DNA from: a virus
Taxonomy: Duplodnaviria; Caudoviricetes
DNA length: 34,732 nt
IMG/VR virus record: IMGVR_UViG_3300020043_001476
Coordinates: 1-34,732 of that record
Reading direction: 5' to 3' (one strand)
Shown here: piece by piece, positions 27,043-34,732 of the stretch
How the letters are laid out: each line of letters begins with the position of its first letter
Position numbering within the stretch: the stretch's first letter is position 1
Translations under genes and position numbers: made by a program
Notes under the pieces: model-generated
Seen by the model: only the letters and a program-made list of their open reading frames with translations
Told to the model about the DNA's origin: nothing
The model's database searches: none

Positions 27043-27195
27043 TCACATTACACCTCTCATCTCCCAGCCCAGCAAAAAGTAATTCCAGCGGGTGGTGATG
27101 TTGGGGTTGGTGAACTTGGTCCCGTCCCAGGCCAGATCTGCTGGGGTGTAGCCCTTTGAGATCATCAGGGCCATGAAGACTTGTTGTGCTTTCAT
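27043..27195 (-). CDS. Hypothetical protein (alternative coupled start at 27237)
   Basis: AAGGAG RBS; MKAQQVFMALM...RWNYFLLGWEMR. Confidence 0.68.
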   Translation of the reverse strand: MKAQQVFMALMISKGYTPADLAWDGTKFTNPNITTRWNYFLLGWEMRGVM

Positions 27196-27233
27196 TGATT
27201 CTTGCTCCTTGATTTGTCGTTTGCGCCAGCCGG

Positions 27234-27341
27234 TCATAGCGCGTGATACCCATAAAGGAAAAGCTCCACGGCCACCCGGCACAGGAACCCAATGAAGGGC
27301 AGGAAACAGACGAGGAAAAAACCGAATCTAAACGCGCTCAT
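27234..27341 (-). CDS. Small membrane peptide (35 aa)
   Basis: AAGGAG RBS; MSAFRFGFFLVCFLPFIGFLCRVAVELFLYGYHAL. Confidence 0.6.
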   Translation of the reverse strand: MSAFRFGFFLVCFLPFIGFLCRVAVELFLYGYHAL

Positions 27342-27495
27342 TTTCTTGCTCCTTACGTTTTTGAATTGACTCGCGCAAATGCTGGCGCAGCCAGTTGACA
27401 CCGCCCAGGCGCTTCCACTCAGCAAAGTGCGCCGGGATCAGCCTGGCGCTGACCGTGACGGCCACGCTGGTCATCTCACTCTTGGGTCTGGGCAT
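27328..27495 (-). CDS. Small DNA-binding-like protein (possible ribbon-helix-helix; not in ORF track)
   Basis: Manual translation MPRPKSEMTSVAVTVSARLIPAHFAEWKRLGGVNWLRQHLRESIQKRKEQENERV; GGAG RBS. Confidence 0.7.
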   Translation of the reverse strand: MPRPKSEMTSVAVTVSARLIPAHFAEWKRLGGVNWLRQHLRESIQKRKEQENERV

Positions 27496-27497
27496 CT

Positions 27498-27743
27498 TTA
27501 TCTCCAGGCCGCAAGGGCCGTTGCAAGGTCTTTGGTGGACACGATAAGCTGATCCAGGCGCATGGACTCATCACGCACGACAAAGAGTCCAGGGCCGCGC
27601 TTGGTGCGTCCCCAGGCATCTTTGCGGTTGACGTTGGAGAGTTGGTTCTTGCGAACTGCGTTGTAGACCTGGTGCGTTGTGAAACCCTCATCGAGGCACT
27701 CGCGCATGGTCCGAGGAACCCGGCAAAAGTCAATGATCGTCAT
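27498..27743 (-). CDS. Hypothetical protein (possible winged-HTH)
   Basis: Likely start MTIIDFCRVPRT; fits the tiling of the early operon. Confidence 0.65.
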   Translation of the reverse strand: MTIIDFCRVPRTMRECLDEGFTTHQVYNAVRKNQLSNVNRKDAWGRTKRGPGLFVVRDESMRLDQLIVSTKDLATALAAWR

Positions 27744-27849
27744 CTTCAAGCTCCTCATCTTCATCAATTGTGGGGGCGTCATCAGGGTGAATGGGCCGGG
27801 TCAAGATCTGCTGCCAGCGCCATTCGGATTCGTCTATGTCTGAGTACAT
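27730..27849 (-). CDS. Small acidic protein (39 aa)
   Basis: MYSDIDESEWRWQQILTRPIHPDDAPTIDEDEELEDDDH. Confidence 0.55.
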   Translation of the reverse strand: MYSDIDESEWRWQQILTRPIHPDDAPTIDEDEELEDDDH

Positions 27850-27886
27850 GGTGATTTTTGAAGTTGGGGCCGTGGCCCCGGTTGGT

Positions 27887-28264
27887 TTACGCTGCTTGCT
27901 CTGCAAAATGACGCTGGGCCTCAGTACCCTGGCTGACGTAAGCATCAGAACCATAAGCGGGATCAACTTCAAACCAGCAGGCTGCTGTCAAAGGCTTACC
28001 AGCGGCCAGGGTGGCGTTGACCTTGGCAGCCAGATCTTCAACGGTTGCCATAACTTCATTGCGCAGATCTTGAAATCCTGTCTCGCCGGTTTCTTCACAC
28101 TGAATCACCTCAACACCGGCAAAAGACTTGTTATGACGAAAGCGGCGGCCAGCAGCGTTTTCCACCAAAACATAATACTTCTCAGCAATAAAAGGATGAC
28201 CATCGCAGGAATAACCAGCTTGATACAGATCAGAGGCCACATATGCGTTGTAGGTTGCTTTCAT
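27887..28264 (-). CDS. First early gene, hypothetical
   Basis: AGGAG RBS; directly downstream of a sigma70-like promoter. Confidence 0.8.
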   Translation of the reverse strand: MKATYNAYVASDLYQAGYSCDGHPFIAEKYYVLVENAAGRRFRHNKSFAGVEVIQCEETGETGFQDLRNEVMATVEDLAAKVNATLAAGKPLTAACWFEVDPAYGSDAYVSQGTEAQRHFAEQAA

Positions 28265-28297
28265 TTCGTTTCTCCTGTTTAAGTAATTGAGGACTTG

Positions 28298-28325
28298 ATC
28301 CTACCACGCTTGACCATCTTGTCAA
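28298..28325 (-). promoter_or_regulatory. Leftward sigma70-like early promoter with overlapping operator
   Basis: Minus strand TTGACA-N16-TAGGAT with extended -10 TG; overlaps the palindrome TTGAC-N6-GTCAA (28310-28325). Confidence 0.7.
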
Positions 28326-28368
28326 ATCCCCTACAAGTCACTCAACTATTAACCCCATACAATGACCC

Positions 28369-28463
28369 TGGCGGGTTCATCCTCCCGCTGATTGCGCCGG
28401 GAACTCCACCCGATGCAGTTGCCATTTAGGGGGCTGGGCATCACTGTCTGGCCCCCATTTTTT
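28369..28463 (+). ncRNA. Candidate small RNA (two C-rich loop hairpins plus terminator)
   Basis: TACAAT at 28358-28363; hairpin loops TTCATCCT and AACTCCA; terminal 12-bp stem plus T-run. Confidence 0.5.
28429..28463 (+). terminator. Intrinsic terminator
   Basis: GGGGGCTGGGCA-TCAC-TGTCTGGCCCCC followed by ATTTTTT. Confidence 0.7.
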
Positions 28464-28470
28464 CATGGTC

Positions 28471-28500
28471 TTGCACAAGTTGTCAATTTGTGGTTAACAT
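28471..28500 (+). promoter_or_regulatory. Rightward promoter with second operator-like copy
   Basis: TTGCAC-N18-TAACAT; TTGCA-CAAGTT-GTCAA (28471-28486) resembles the left operator. Confidence 0.5.
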
Positions 28501-28507
28501 GCAAGAC

Positions 28508-28744
28508 ATGAAAACAACCGACAACCCCATCAAAGACGTGCTGGTCAAGGCCAGCACTGCTGGCTACACCATGGCAGACGTTTGCAGAGTCGCGCAGATC
28601 GACCAGTCCCAGGTCAGTCGCTGGCTCAGTGGCCGCACCAAGCCACTCTATGACAGCGTGAAGCGCCTCAATGACGCCACTGATGCCCTGGTAGCGGCCA
28701 GGCTTGAAGTGCTCAACAAGGCCATGGACGAGGCGCTTAAATGA
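28508..28744 (+). CDS. Cro/CI-type HTH regulator
   Basis: TMADVCRVAQIDQSQVSRWLSGRTKP (HTH_XRE); start could be 28499. Confidence 0.85.
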   Translation: MKTTDNPIKDVLVKASTAGYTMADVCRVAQIDQSQVSRWLSGRTKPLYDSVKRLNDATDALVAARLEVLNKAMDEALK

Positions 28745-29211
28745 GGCACATAGGCATCGACCCAGGTCTGTCTGGCGCCATCGCGGTGCTCACAGATGAC
28801 ACACTCCAGATCCACGATATGCCGGTGATGACCGTGGACAGAAATGGCAAGGCCAAGCGGCAGGTCAGCGCAAATGAGCTGGCCGAGCTGCTCAACCTGT
28901 ACGCAGGGAAAGACTGTCACGTCTACTGCGAGCGCGTGAGTGCTGTCAGTGGGCAGGGGGTAACCAGCGTTTTTAGTTTTGGCCGTTCATTTGGAATGAT
29001 CGAGGGGATCTTGGCAGCGCTCAAGATGCCAGTGACCTTTGTGGCCCCTGCCACTTGGGTCAAGGGTGTTGGCCGCGGCCCTGGCAAGGATGCCTCAAGG
29101 GCCAGGGCAATGGAGCTTTTCCCGAATTACGAATATTTCTTCAAGCGCGTCAAGGACGATGGCCGTGCTGACGCTGCACTGATTGCACATTGGGGGCGTA
29201 AGCATGGATGA
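28741..29211 (+). CDS. RuvC-like Holliday junction resolvase
   Basis: IGIDPGLSGA, VYCERV, FSFGRSFG, DDGRADAALIA. Confidence 0.9.
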   Translation: MRHIGIDPGLSGAIAVLTDDTLQIHDMPVMTVDRNGKAKRQVSANELAELLNLYAGKDCHVYCERVSAVSGQGVTSVFSFGRSFGMIEGILAALKMPVTFVAPATWVKGVGRGPGKDASRARAMELFPNYEYFFKRVKDDGRADAALIAHWGRKHG

Positions 29212-29425
29212 CGCAGAACGCAAAGCAATGCGTGACCAGATTGTCTGGCTCACTCAGGAACTCGAGAAGGCCAGACGCGCCAACCAGGACAAGACGCTGC
29301 TCATGGCCCGAATGCTCAGTCCCGAGGATCTGGGGCACGCAGTGAGCAACGAGGTGCGCCAGCTCATCTACACAACGATCATCAACGAACAGGATGCAGA
29401 AAGAGAATCATGGAACAAAAAATAA
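29204..29425 (+). CDS. Hypothetical protein
   Basis: ATG 29204; coiled coil plus LSPEDLGHAVSNEVR. Confidence 0.7.
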   Translation: MDDAERKAMRDQIVWLTQELEKARRANQDKTLLMARMLSPEDLGHAVSNEVRQLIYTTIINEQDAERESWNKK

Positions 29426-30525
29426 TCCTCAGACCGTCAGCAGCATCGCGCTGGATCGCCTGCCCGGCCAGCGTTAAGTTGTCTGTTGGCATCCCTGAGC
29501 AACTCTCTGGCGAGGCCGCGCAGATCGGGACCGCCATCCATGCCCTGGCTGAGTTGTGCTTCAAGGCTGGCTCCAACCCGGCAGACTATGTCGGCAAGGC
29601 CGTTGAAGGCATCACCATGACTCAGACAAATGCCGAATATGCCCAGCTCCACCTCGATGAGATCAAGCGGGTGCATGACGAGTTGGGGCACGTCAGAGTG
29701 GAGCAGTACGTCACCATTGTCGATACTGACGAGGTTAAGTTGGGTGGGACTGCTGACGTTGTGGGCCTGGGGTCTGGCAAGCTCATCGTGAGCGATTTGA
29801 AGACCGGCAAGGGCTGGGTGGATGCTGACAGTCCCCAGCTCAAGATCTACGCCTTGGGCGCCATCAGGTCAGCCGCGAAGAACGGTATCCCACCGCCTGG
29901 GCAGATTGAGCTGCGCATTGTCCAGCCCCATCATGGTGACGTGCGCAGCCACTCAATGACGTACTCAGAACTCTTTGACTGGTATCAGAACACGCTGCGC
30001 CCGGCCATTGTCCAGGCCACTGTGGATGACGCCCAACCAAACCCCAGTGACTCTGCCTGCCAGTACTGCCCGGCCAAGATCGTGTGCCCTGCCCAACGCA
30101 AAGGCTTTGAAGTGCTCGCGGCCAAGCCAGACCTCAGAACCCTAGACAAGGAACAGATCCAGGCCGTCATGGTTTCGCTCTCAGTTGAGCAGATTGCTGA
30201 CCTCTTGGAGCGTGCGCCAGTGGTGGAGAAATTCATTGACGCTGTGCGGGACCATGCTGTGCAACGTATCAGGAACGGTGAGTCAATTCATGGCTGGCAG
30301 ATGGTCCCAAAGCGTGCAACACGCAAATGGACCAACGAGGATGCCGCCTTGCAAGCGCTCACTGACGCTGGCATTGACAAGTCCAAACTGGTCCTGACTG
30401 AGATGGTGACGCCTGCCGTGGCCGAGAAGCTGCTGGGCAAGGACAAGAAGGCCATGGTCGATGACCTCACCACAAAAGAATCATCGGGTTTGACTCTAGG
30501 CCGTGCCGTTGAGATTGCCCAATAA
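29410..30525 (+). CDS. DUF2800 / Cas4-like PD-(D/E)xK nuclease
   Basis: PSAASRWIACP, GTAIHALAE, GTADVV...SDLKTG, QLKIYALGA, CQYCPAKIVCP. Confidence 0.88.
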   Translation: MEQKIILRPSAASRWIACPASVKLSVGIPEQLSGEAAQIGTAIHALAELCFKAGSNPADYVGKAVEGITMTQTNAEYAQLHLDEIKRVHDELGHVRVEQYVTIVDTDEVKLGGTADVVGLGSGKLIVSDLKTGKGWVDADSPQLKIYALGAIRSAAKNGIPPPGQIELRIVQPHHGDVRSHSMTYSELFDWYQNTLRPAIVQATVDDAQPNPSDSACQYCPAKIVCPAQRKGFEVLAAKPDLRTLDKEQIQAVMVSLSVEQIADLLERAPVVEKFIDAVRDHAVQRIRNGESIHGWQMVPKRATRKWTNEDAALQALTDAGIDKSKLVLTEMVTPAVAEKLLGKDKKAMVDDLTTKESSGLTLGRAVEIAQ

Positions 30526-30577
30526 TCCCATTCCCCCAACCGTGTCAATGACACACAACTCTGAAAGCGAAAGCAAA

Positions 30578-31174
30578 ATGCTAAATCTGTCCTCTGGTGG
30601 TGGCTCCGGCTCCTACATTCGATTCTCTCCCCAGGCCAATGCTTGGACCAATCAAGATGGAGAGATCCAACTTGGCAAAGTGGTCTTTGACATTGACAAC
30701 GTCACAACTGGCTGGCTCGAGCTGGGCGTTGGAGTCAGGGACTGGCAGCCTGATGCAGCCCTGGGCAAGAAGGGTCCGCAGCCCACTGCAAACCACAAGC
30801 GCGGGTTCTCCATCGTGTTTTATTCCAAGGCACTGGGAACTGTCGAGTGGTCCAGCAATGGTGTCGGCCCCAACATGGGCCTTGAGCAGCTCTACAAGCA
30901 GTGCTCTGAGCAGCGCAACGACACAAACTTTGACAAGCTGCCAGTGATCGAGTACACAGGCTCGCGCATGGAGAAGATCGGCAAAGGAACAACCCGAATT
31001 CCGAATTTCACCATCACAGGTTGGATCGCCCGGCCAGCAGGCATGGGCGCTCAGGAATTTGCACCCATTCCAGAGTTTGATCCTTTCCCTGCGCCAGTAC
31101 CGGCACCAGCAGCTCCCGCGGCCAAGCAACACGCCGCACCCATACCCGTTCACTCTGACGAGGATCTGTTCTAA
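30578..31174 (+). CDS. Putative single-stranded DNA-binding/annealing protein
   Basis: Lies between nuclease and helicase; beta-rich core, Pro/Ala linker, acidic-aromatic C-terminus SDEDLF. Confidence 0.6.
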   Translation: MLNLSSGGGSGSYIRFSPQANAWTNQDGEIQLGKVVFDIDNVTTGWLELGVGVRDWQPDAALGKKGPQPTANHKRGFSIVFYSKALGTVEWSSNGVGPNMGLEQLYKQCSEQRNDTNFDKLPVIEYTGSRMEKIGKGTTRIPNFTITGWIARPAGMGAQEFAPIPEFDPFPAPVPAPAAPAAKQHAAPIPVHSDEDLF

Positions 31175-31190
31175 GACGTAACGAATTAAG

Positions 31191-31219
31191 GGCCGGGGCT
31201 TTGTCCCCGGCTTTTTTTT
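31191..31219 (+). terminator. Intrinsic terminator
   Basis: GCCGGGG-CTTTGT-CCCCGGC followed by T8. Confidence 0.85.
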
Positions 31220-31224
31220 CCCTC

Positions 31225-31338
31225 ATGGAATCAAAAGAAGAATTCTGGCAACTGCTGGTGCTCATGTTGGCGCGGCGGGTGTACGAATTGGAAGCACGGC
31301 TCAAGAAATTGGAGAATAAATGCAAGCCGAACAAATAG
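31225..31338 (+). CDS. Small hypothetical protein (37 aa)
   Basis: MESKEEFWQLLVLMLARRVYELEARLKKLENKCKPNK; overlaps the primase start. Confidence 0.45.
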   Translation: MESKEEFWQLLVLMLARRVYELEARLKKLENKCKPNK

Positions 31339-33446
31339 CAAAGGCGCTTGGCAACGCAAAGAGAGTTGGCAAAGGATGGTTGGCAAGTTGCCCACTGCCA
31401 ACGCATGGACAAGGGCACGGGGACAAGAACCCGAGCCTGTCGATCAGTGACGGTGAAGACGGCAAACCGCTGTTCAAGTGCCACTCTGGGTGTGATCAGC
31501 ATCAGTTGTTTCACGCCATCAGGGATTACGGGCTGCTGCCAGAGATCGAGAAACGCGATCCATTGGCATCGATCAAGCCACTGCCGGCGCTCCAGGCGCC
31601 AGTCTTGGAGCACGAATGGGTTTATGTGGATGAGGACGGTGAACCCCTTTACGTCAAGCAGAGATTTAAGACTGGCACGTCCAAGGGCAAAGATTACCGC
31701 CAGGCCAGGATCAACAAGGACGGGTCAAGGTCTTACTCGCTGGGGGATTGCAGGATCGTCCCGTACCGCTTCCCTGAGCTGCTGAACGCAAAGACCGCGG
31801 GACGCGCCATCTACCTAGTCGAAGGGGAAAAGGCAGCCGATGCCCTGGTGGAGATCGGCGCCATCGCCACCAGCGCTCACGCTGGATCTGGCAGTTGGCC
31901 GCAAGAGATCACCCAGTACTTTGCTGGCGCCACTGTGGTCATGCTGCCTGACAACGATTTGGCGGGTTGGAAATACGCAAAACTGGTGGCCGCGGCGCTG
32001 ACACCTGTGGTGAAGTCACTCAGGATCGTGGACCTGCCGGTCATATATCCAACAGATGATGCCTGGGAGTGGGTCCATGTTTACGGTGGAACCCGGCAGC
32101 AGCTCGCGGAACTCGCCAAGCAAGCCCAACCCATCACGTCAGCGGATGATGTAACGATCCCGGAAGGATTGCTGGCGTCAGCAGAAGTGGTTGCACCTGC
32201 AACACCAAACGCAACAAACGAAACCGCTCCAGGCAACGTCCACCAAGAAACAGACAAGACGTACAAGCCATTCAAGATTGAGAGCTGGCAGTCAGTCAAG
32301 GATGAACCCGTCAATTGGTTGGTCCAAGACGTGATCCCTGAAAGGTCTTTTGTGGCCCTGTATGGGCCGCCAGCCTCATTCAAGTCATTCATTGCCATGG
32401 ACATTGCCGAGTGCATCGCCAGTGGCAGGCCGTGGCTTGGCAAAGAGATCAACGGCACTGGGCCAGTCTTGTACATCGCAGGTGAGGGTCACGGCGGTAT
32501 CGGGGCCAGGATCGCCGCGATCAAGCAGCACCACAACACGCCAGACTCAGCCCAGCTCTATGTCGTGCGCTCCATGATCAACCTCAGATCCAGCGTTGAT
32601 GACTTCACCAACCTGATCCTGGCAATCGATGAGTTGGTGCAGTTGATCGGCGTTCAACTGCGCATGATCGTGATCGATACCCTCGCCAGAGCTTTTGGCG
32701 GTGGAAATGAGAACTCGAGTGATGACATGGGGGCCTTCATCCAGGCCACGGGAAAGATCCAAAACAGATACAAATGCAGCCTCATGTTGCTGCATCACGC
32801 AGGCAAGGACACGACAAAAGGGCTGCGCGGTCACTCCAGTCTTTTGGGCGCGGTGGACACCCAGATGGAGATCATCAGGTTCCCGCAAACCCGTGAAGGC
32901 TTGATCTTGATGTCCAAGCAAAAGGACGGTGAGGACGGCCAGAACTACGGGTTTGAGGCCATCGAGGTGGAGATTGACAGGTCAGATCTGGGCCTGGAGA
33001 ACGGTAGCAGTCTCGCAATTAAGCACCGCGAAACCATCGCAGGGGAGATGGATAAGGCACGCAAAGGTCAGGAAACAAAAGAGCCGCCAGATGTCACCGA
33101 CAAGGGAATCTTTGCCAGTTATGCGCTGAAAGCTCTGTTCATGGCGATGACAACTAAGTCAAGACGGGTGCCAGCAATCAATGACCAGTTGGTTGTGACC
33201 CGTGAAGATTGGAAGGAGGCCGTCAACGAGTTGAGAAGAAGAAATGACCAGGAAGCACTGTCAAAGAGGCAGGGAGATGATGGCGCAAGGACCTTTGGAG
33301 AGAAGTTGGTAGCCAGGGGGATTGGTGGAACCTATGACACTAAAGAAGTAATTTTTGTGTGGTTGAATCAGGCCACGATGCTTAAATTACAGGCAGATCC
33401 GGGGTTCGGAGGGGGTGAGGAGCATTTCCCTCAAAAAGAGGTGTGA
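31320..33446 (+). CDS. Primase-helicase (Zn-binding + TOPRIM + AAA_25/RepA-like helicase)
   Basis: CPLPTH...KCHSGC; LVEGEKAAD and PDND; GPPASFKS Walker A, IVIDTL Walker B, LHHAGKD, RGHSSLLGAVD. Confidence 0.92.
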   Translation: MQAEQIAKALGNAKRVGKGWLASCPLPTHGQGHGDKNPSLSISDGEDGKPLFKCHSGCDQHQLFHAIRDYGLLPEIEKRDPLASIKPLPALQAPVLEHEWVYVDEDGEPLYVKQRFKTGTSKGKDYRQARINKDGSRSYSLGDCRIVPYRFPELLNAKTAGRAIYLVEGEKAADALVEIGAIATSAHAGSGSWPQEITQYFAGATVVMLPDNDLAGWKYAKLVAAALTPVVKSLRIVDLPVIYPTDDAWEWVHVYGGTRQQLAELAKQAQPITSADDVTIPEGLLASAEVVAPATPNATNETAPGNVHQETDKTYKPFKIESWQSVKDEPVNWLVQDVIPERSFVALYGPPASFKSFIAMDIAECIASGRPWLGKEINGTGPVLYIAGEGHGGIGARIAAIKQHHNTPDSAQLYVVRSMINLRSSVDDFTNLILAIDELVQLIGVQLRMIVIDTLARAFGGGNENSSDDMGAFIQATGKIQNRYKCSLMLLHHAGKDTTKGLRGHSSLLGAVDTQMEIIRFPQTREGLILMSKQKDGEDGQNYGFEAIEVEIDRSDLGLENGSSLAIKHRETIAGEMDKARKGQETKEPPDVTDKGIFASYALKALFMAMTTKSRRVPAINDQLVVTREDWKEAVNELRRRNDQEALSKRQGDDGARTFGEKLVARGIGGTYDTKEVIFVWLNQATMLKLQADPGFGGGEEHFPQKEV

Positions 33447-33562
33447 ATATGGTGAATATGGGCGTGAATATGGTGAATATGGTGAAAACACGTTGCGCGG
33501 AGTTTGGTGAGTGAATATGGGGTGTGTCTATAAGACACCCATATTCACTCACTCACCAACTC
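33443..33562. repeat. Iterons plus long palindrome: putative replication origin
   Basis: GTGAATATG at 33443, 33452, 33464, 33473 and 33511, inverted at 33540-33548; imperfect inverted repeat 33500-33562 centred near 33530-33532. Confidence 0.75.
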
Positions 33563-33597
33563 GGTCACAGAAGTCGATTTAATTGGAAAGGGAAGAA

Positions 33598-34290
33598 ATG
33601 AAACCAATGCAAAGCAGTCAGGGCAAAAGTCGGATGCCAAGTCGCGGAATCGCGGTGCAGTTTCCAGCAACAGAGTTTGAGCTGGCGATGGGGTCATGGT
33701 TGTCAAAGTTGGAAGAAGTGAAGAAGGACTGCGACAAGCGTTGGGGAACTGATCGGTTGCAAAAGTTGGCAGATGCTAACTTCATGGAGAAGTTTTACGC
33801 GCAGCAGCAAAGGGTCTGGCAGGCCTGTCAGGACAAGGACCGGGAAAGGTTGGAGAAGTCAGCAGCAGGAATGGTCAGGGCTTACCAGGCGCTCGAGGCC
33901 TGGGCAGTGGGTGTCGGTGTGTCACAGCGGCCAACGGTTGGCGCGGTGGAGCATGTCGGGAAAGATGGCAAGCTGATGGTGGTTGTCGCTACCAAGCAAG
34001 ATGCAGCCTGGTATCGGGAAAACCGGCCAGACGTTACCGGGCAGCACGTTTGGTCCATGGAGGAGATCGAGCTGCTGATTGAGGCCGAGATCAACCAGGC
34101 AGTGGTCGAGGCCAAGATCAGGTACGCTAAGTACGACCCGGTGGTGGTCAAGGTGGAGAAGTTGGGGGGAGAGACAGGCTTTGATGACTTTGTCAATGAT
34201 CTGGATCTCTCGCAACCATCGAAGGAACCTAAAATGTTTGACAGCAAAACAGCGGAGAAATTCAAGCATGGACAAAATCGAGCGATTTAA
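33598..34290 (+). CDS. Conserved hypothetical protein
   Basis: About 230 aa; DKRWGTDRL motif; purine-rich RBS. Confidence 0.78.
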   Translation: MKPMQSSQGKSRMPSRGIAVQFPATEFELAMGSWLSKLEEVKKDCDKRWGTDRLQKLADANFMEKFYAQQQRVWQACQDKDRERLEKSAAGMVRAYQALEAWAVGVGVSQRPTVGAVEHVGKDGKLMVVVATKQDAAWYRENRPDVTGQHVWSMEEIELLIEAEINQAVVEAKIRYAKYDPVVVKVEKLGGETGFDDFVNDLDLSQPSKEPKMFDSKTAEKFKHGQNRAI

Positions 34291-34354
34291 GGCACTTTGT
34301 GCCAGATGCTGGGGTTGGGTACTTGAGCGATTAAAAGTCGCTGGAAAGGGCTAA
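34268..34354 (+). CDS. Possible 28-aa peptide
   Basis: MDKIERFKALCARCWGWVLERLKVAGKG fills the gap before terS. Confidence 0.35.
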   Translation: MDKIERFKALCARCWGWVLERLKVAGKG

Positions 34355-34358
34355 AAAC

Positions 34359-34732
34359 ATGCCTGGAAGACCAAAGATGCGGCGGGATCTTGAGCTGCTT
34401 GAGGAATTGCCGGAGGACCTTGTCTTTGCCATGTTCGAGGCTGGCAAGCCGATCTCAGCAATTTGCTATGAGCTTGGGATCGGGCGCAGGGCACTCGAGA
34501 AATGGATCGAGGAAAATGACCGCGATGATATGATTGCGCGTGCGCGCGCCAAGGCAGCCGATGAGTTGGCTTGTGAGACGCTGGCGATAGCGGACAGCGC
34601 CGATCCAGAGCACGCCGCGCACGCTCGCGTCCGCATCCAAACGCGCCAGTGGCTGGCTGAGAAGTGGAAACCGAGCGTTTACGGCACCAAACAGGCGCAG
34701 ATCCAGGTCAATATCCACTCGATGCGCATGGA
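34359..34732 (+). CDS. terS: Terminase small subunit, 5' part (143 aa total, ends at 179)
   Basis: ATG 34359: MPGRPKMRRDLELLEELPEDLVFAMFEAGKPISAICYELGIGRRALEKWIEE (HTH)...; missed by the ORF track because it wraps. Confidence 0.85.
   Translation, partial: MPGRPKMRRDLELLEELPEDLVFAMFEAGKPISAICYELGIGRRALEKWIEENDRDDMIARARAKAADELACETLAIADSADPEHAAHARVRIQTRQWLAEKWKPSVYGTKQAQIQVNIHSMRM
34612..34732. repeat. Direct terminal repeat, right copy
   Basis: Identical to 1-121. Confidence 0.97.

Noticed and set aside
2910-30100. Polarised KOPS (GGGNAGGG) motifs pointing at the Xer-like site
   Set aside because: Only a few copies were noticed by eye, in both orientations, which is not enough to claim polarity without a count.
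29410-30525. CRISPR-associated Cas4
   Set aside because: It is a stand-alone DUF2800-type phage nuclease in a replication module; there are no other cas genes or arrays.
496-33446. Stop-codon reassignment
   Set aside because: Genes tile densely under the standard code, and TAA, TGA and TAG all terminate genes.

Overview
The window is a complete, circularly assembled dsDNA tailed-phage genome. Positions 1-121 are identical to 34612-34732, so the unit length is 34,611 bp, and the terminase small subunit reads across the junction. The architecture is podovirus-like (P22/Sf6-type portal, tail hub and ejection proteins). The host is probably a Gram-negative proteobacterium, inferred from the Rz/Rz1 spanins, GH19 endolysin, DnaA boxes and Xer-like site. 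A long + strand late operon (496-25692) carries TerL, small basic proteins, a Cys-rich protein, two glycosyltransferases, a methyltransferase, portal, scaffold, capsid, tail/fibre genes, an expanded lysis cassette and four ejection-type proteins. A - strand block of small early genes (25681-28264) is followed by a divergent control region and a + strand replication block (HTH regulator, RuvC-like resolvase, DUF2800 nuclease, putative SSB, primase-helicase, iteron/palindrome origin). No integrase, DNA polymerase, partition genes, complete tRNA or CRISPR array were recognised. The main unexplained signals are: (1) a XerCD dif/psi-like 28-bp site next to a DnaA-box cluster between terS and terL; (2) a putative ejected protein built from repeat-delimited cargo cassettes, one ADP-ribosyltransferase-like; (3) a two-state structured RNA containing tRNA-arm-like pieces after terL; (4) a candidate anti-SD-loop small RNA in the control region. 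All family assignments come from motif recognition by eye; no searches were run.
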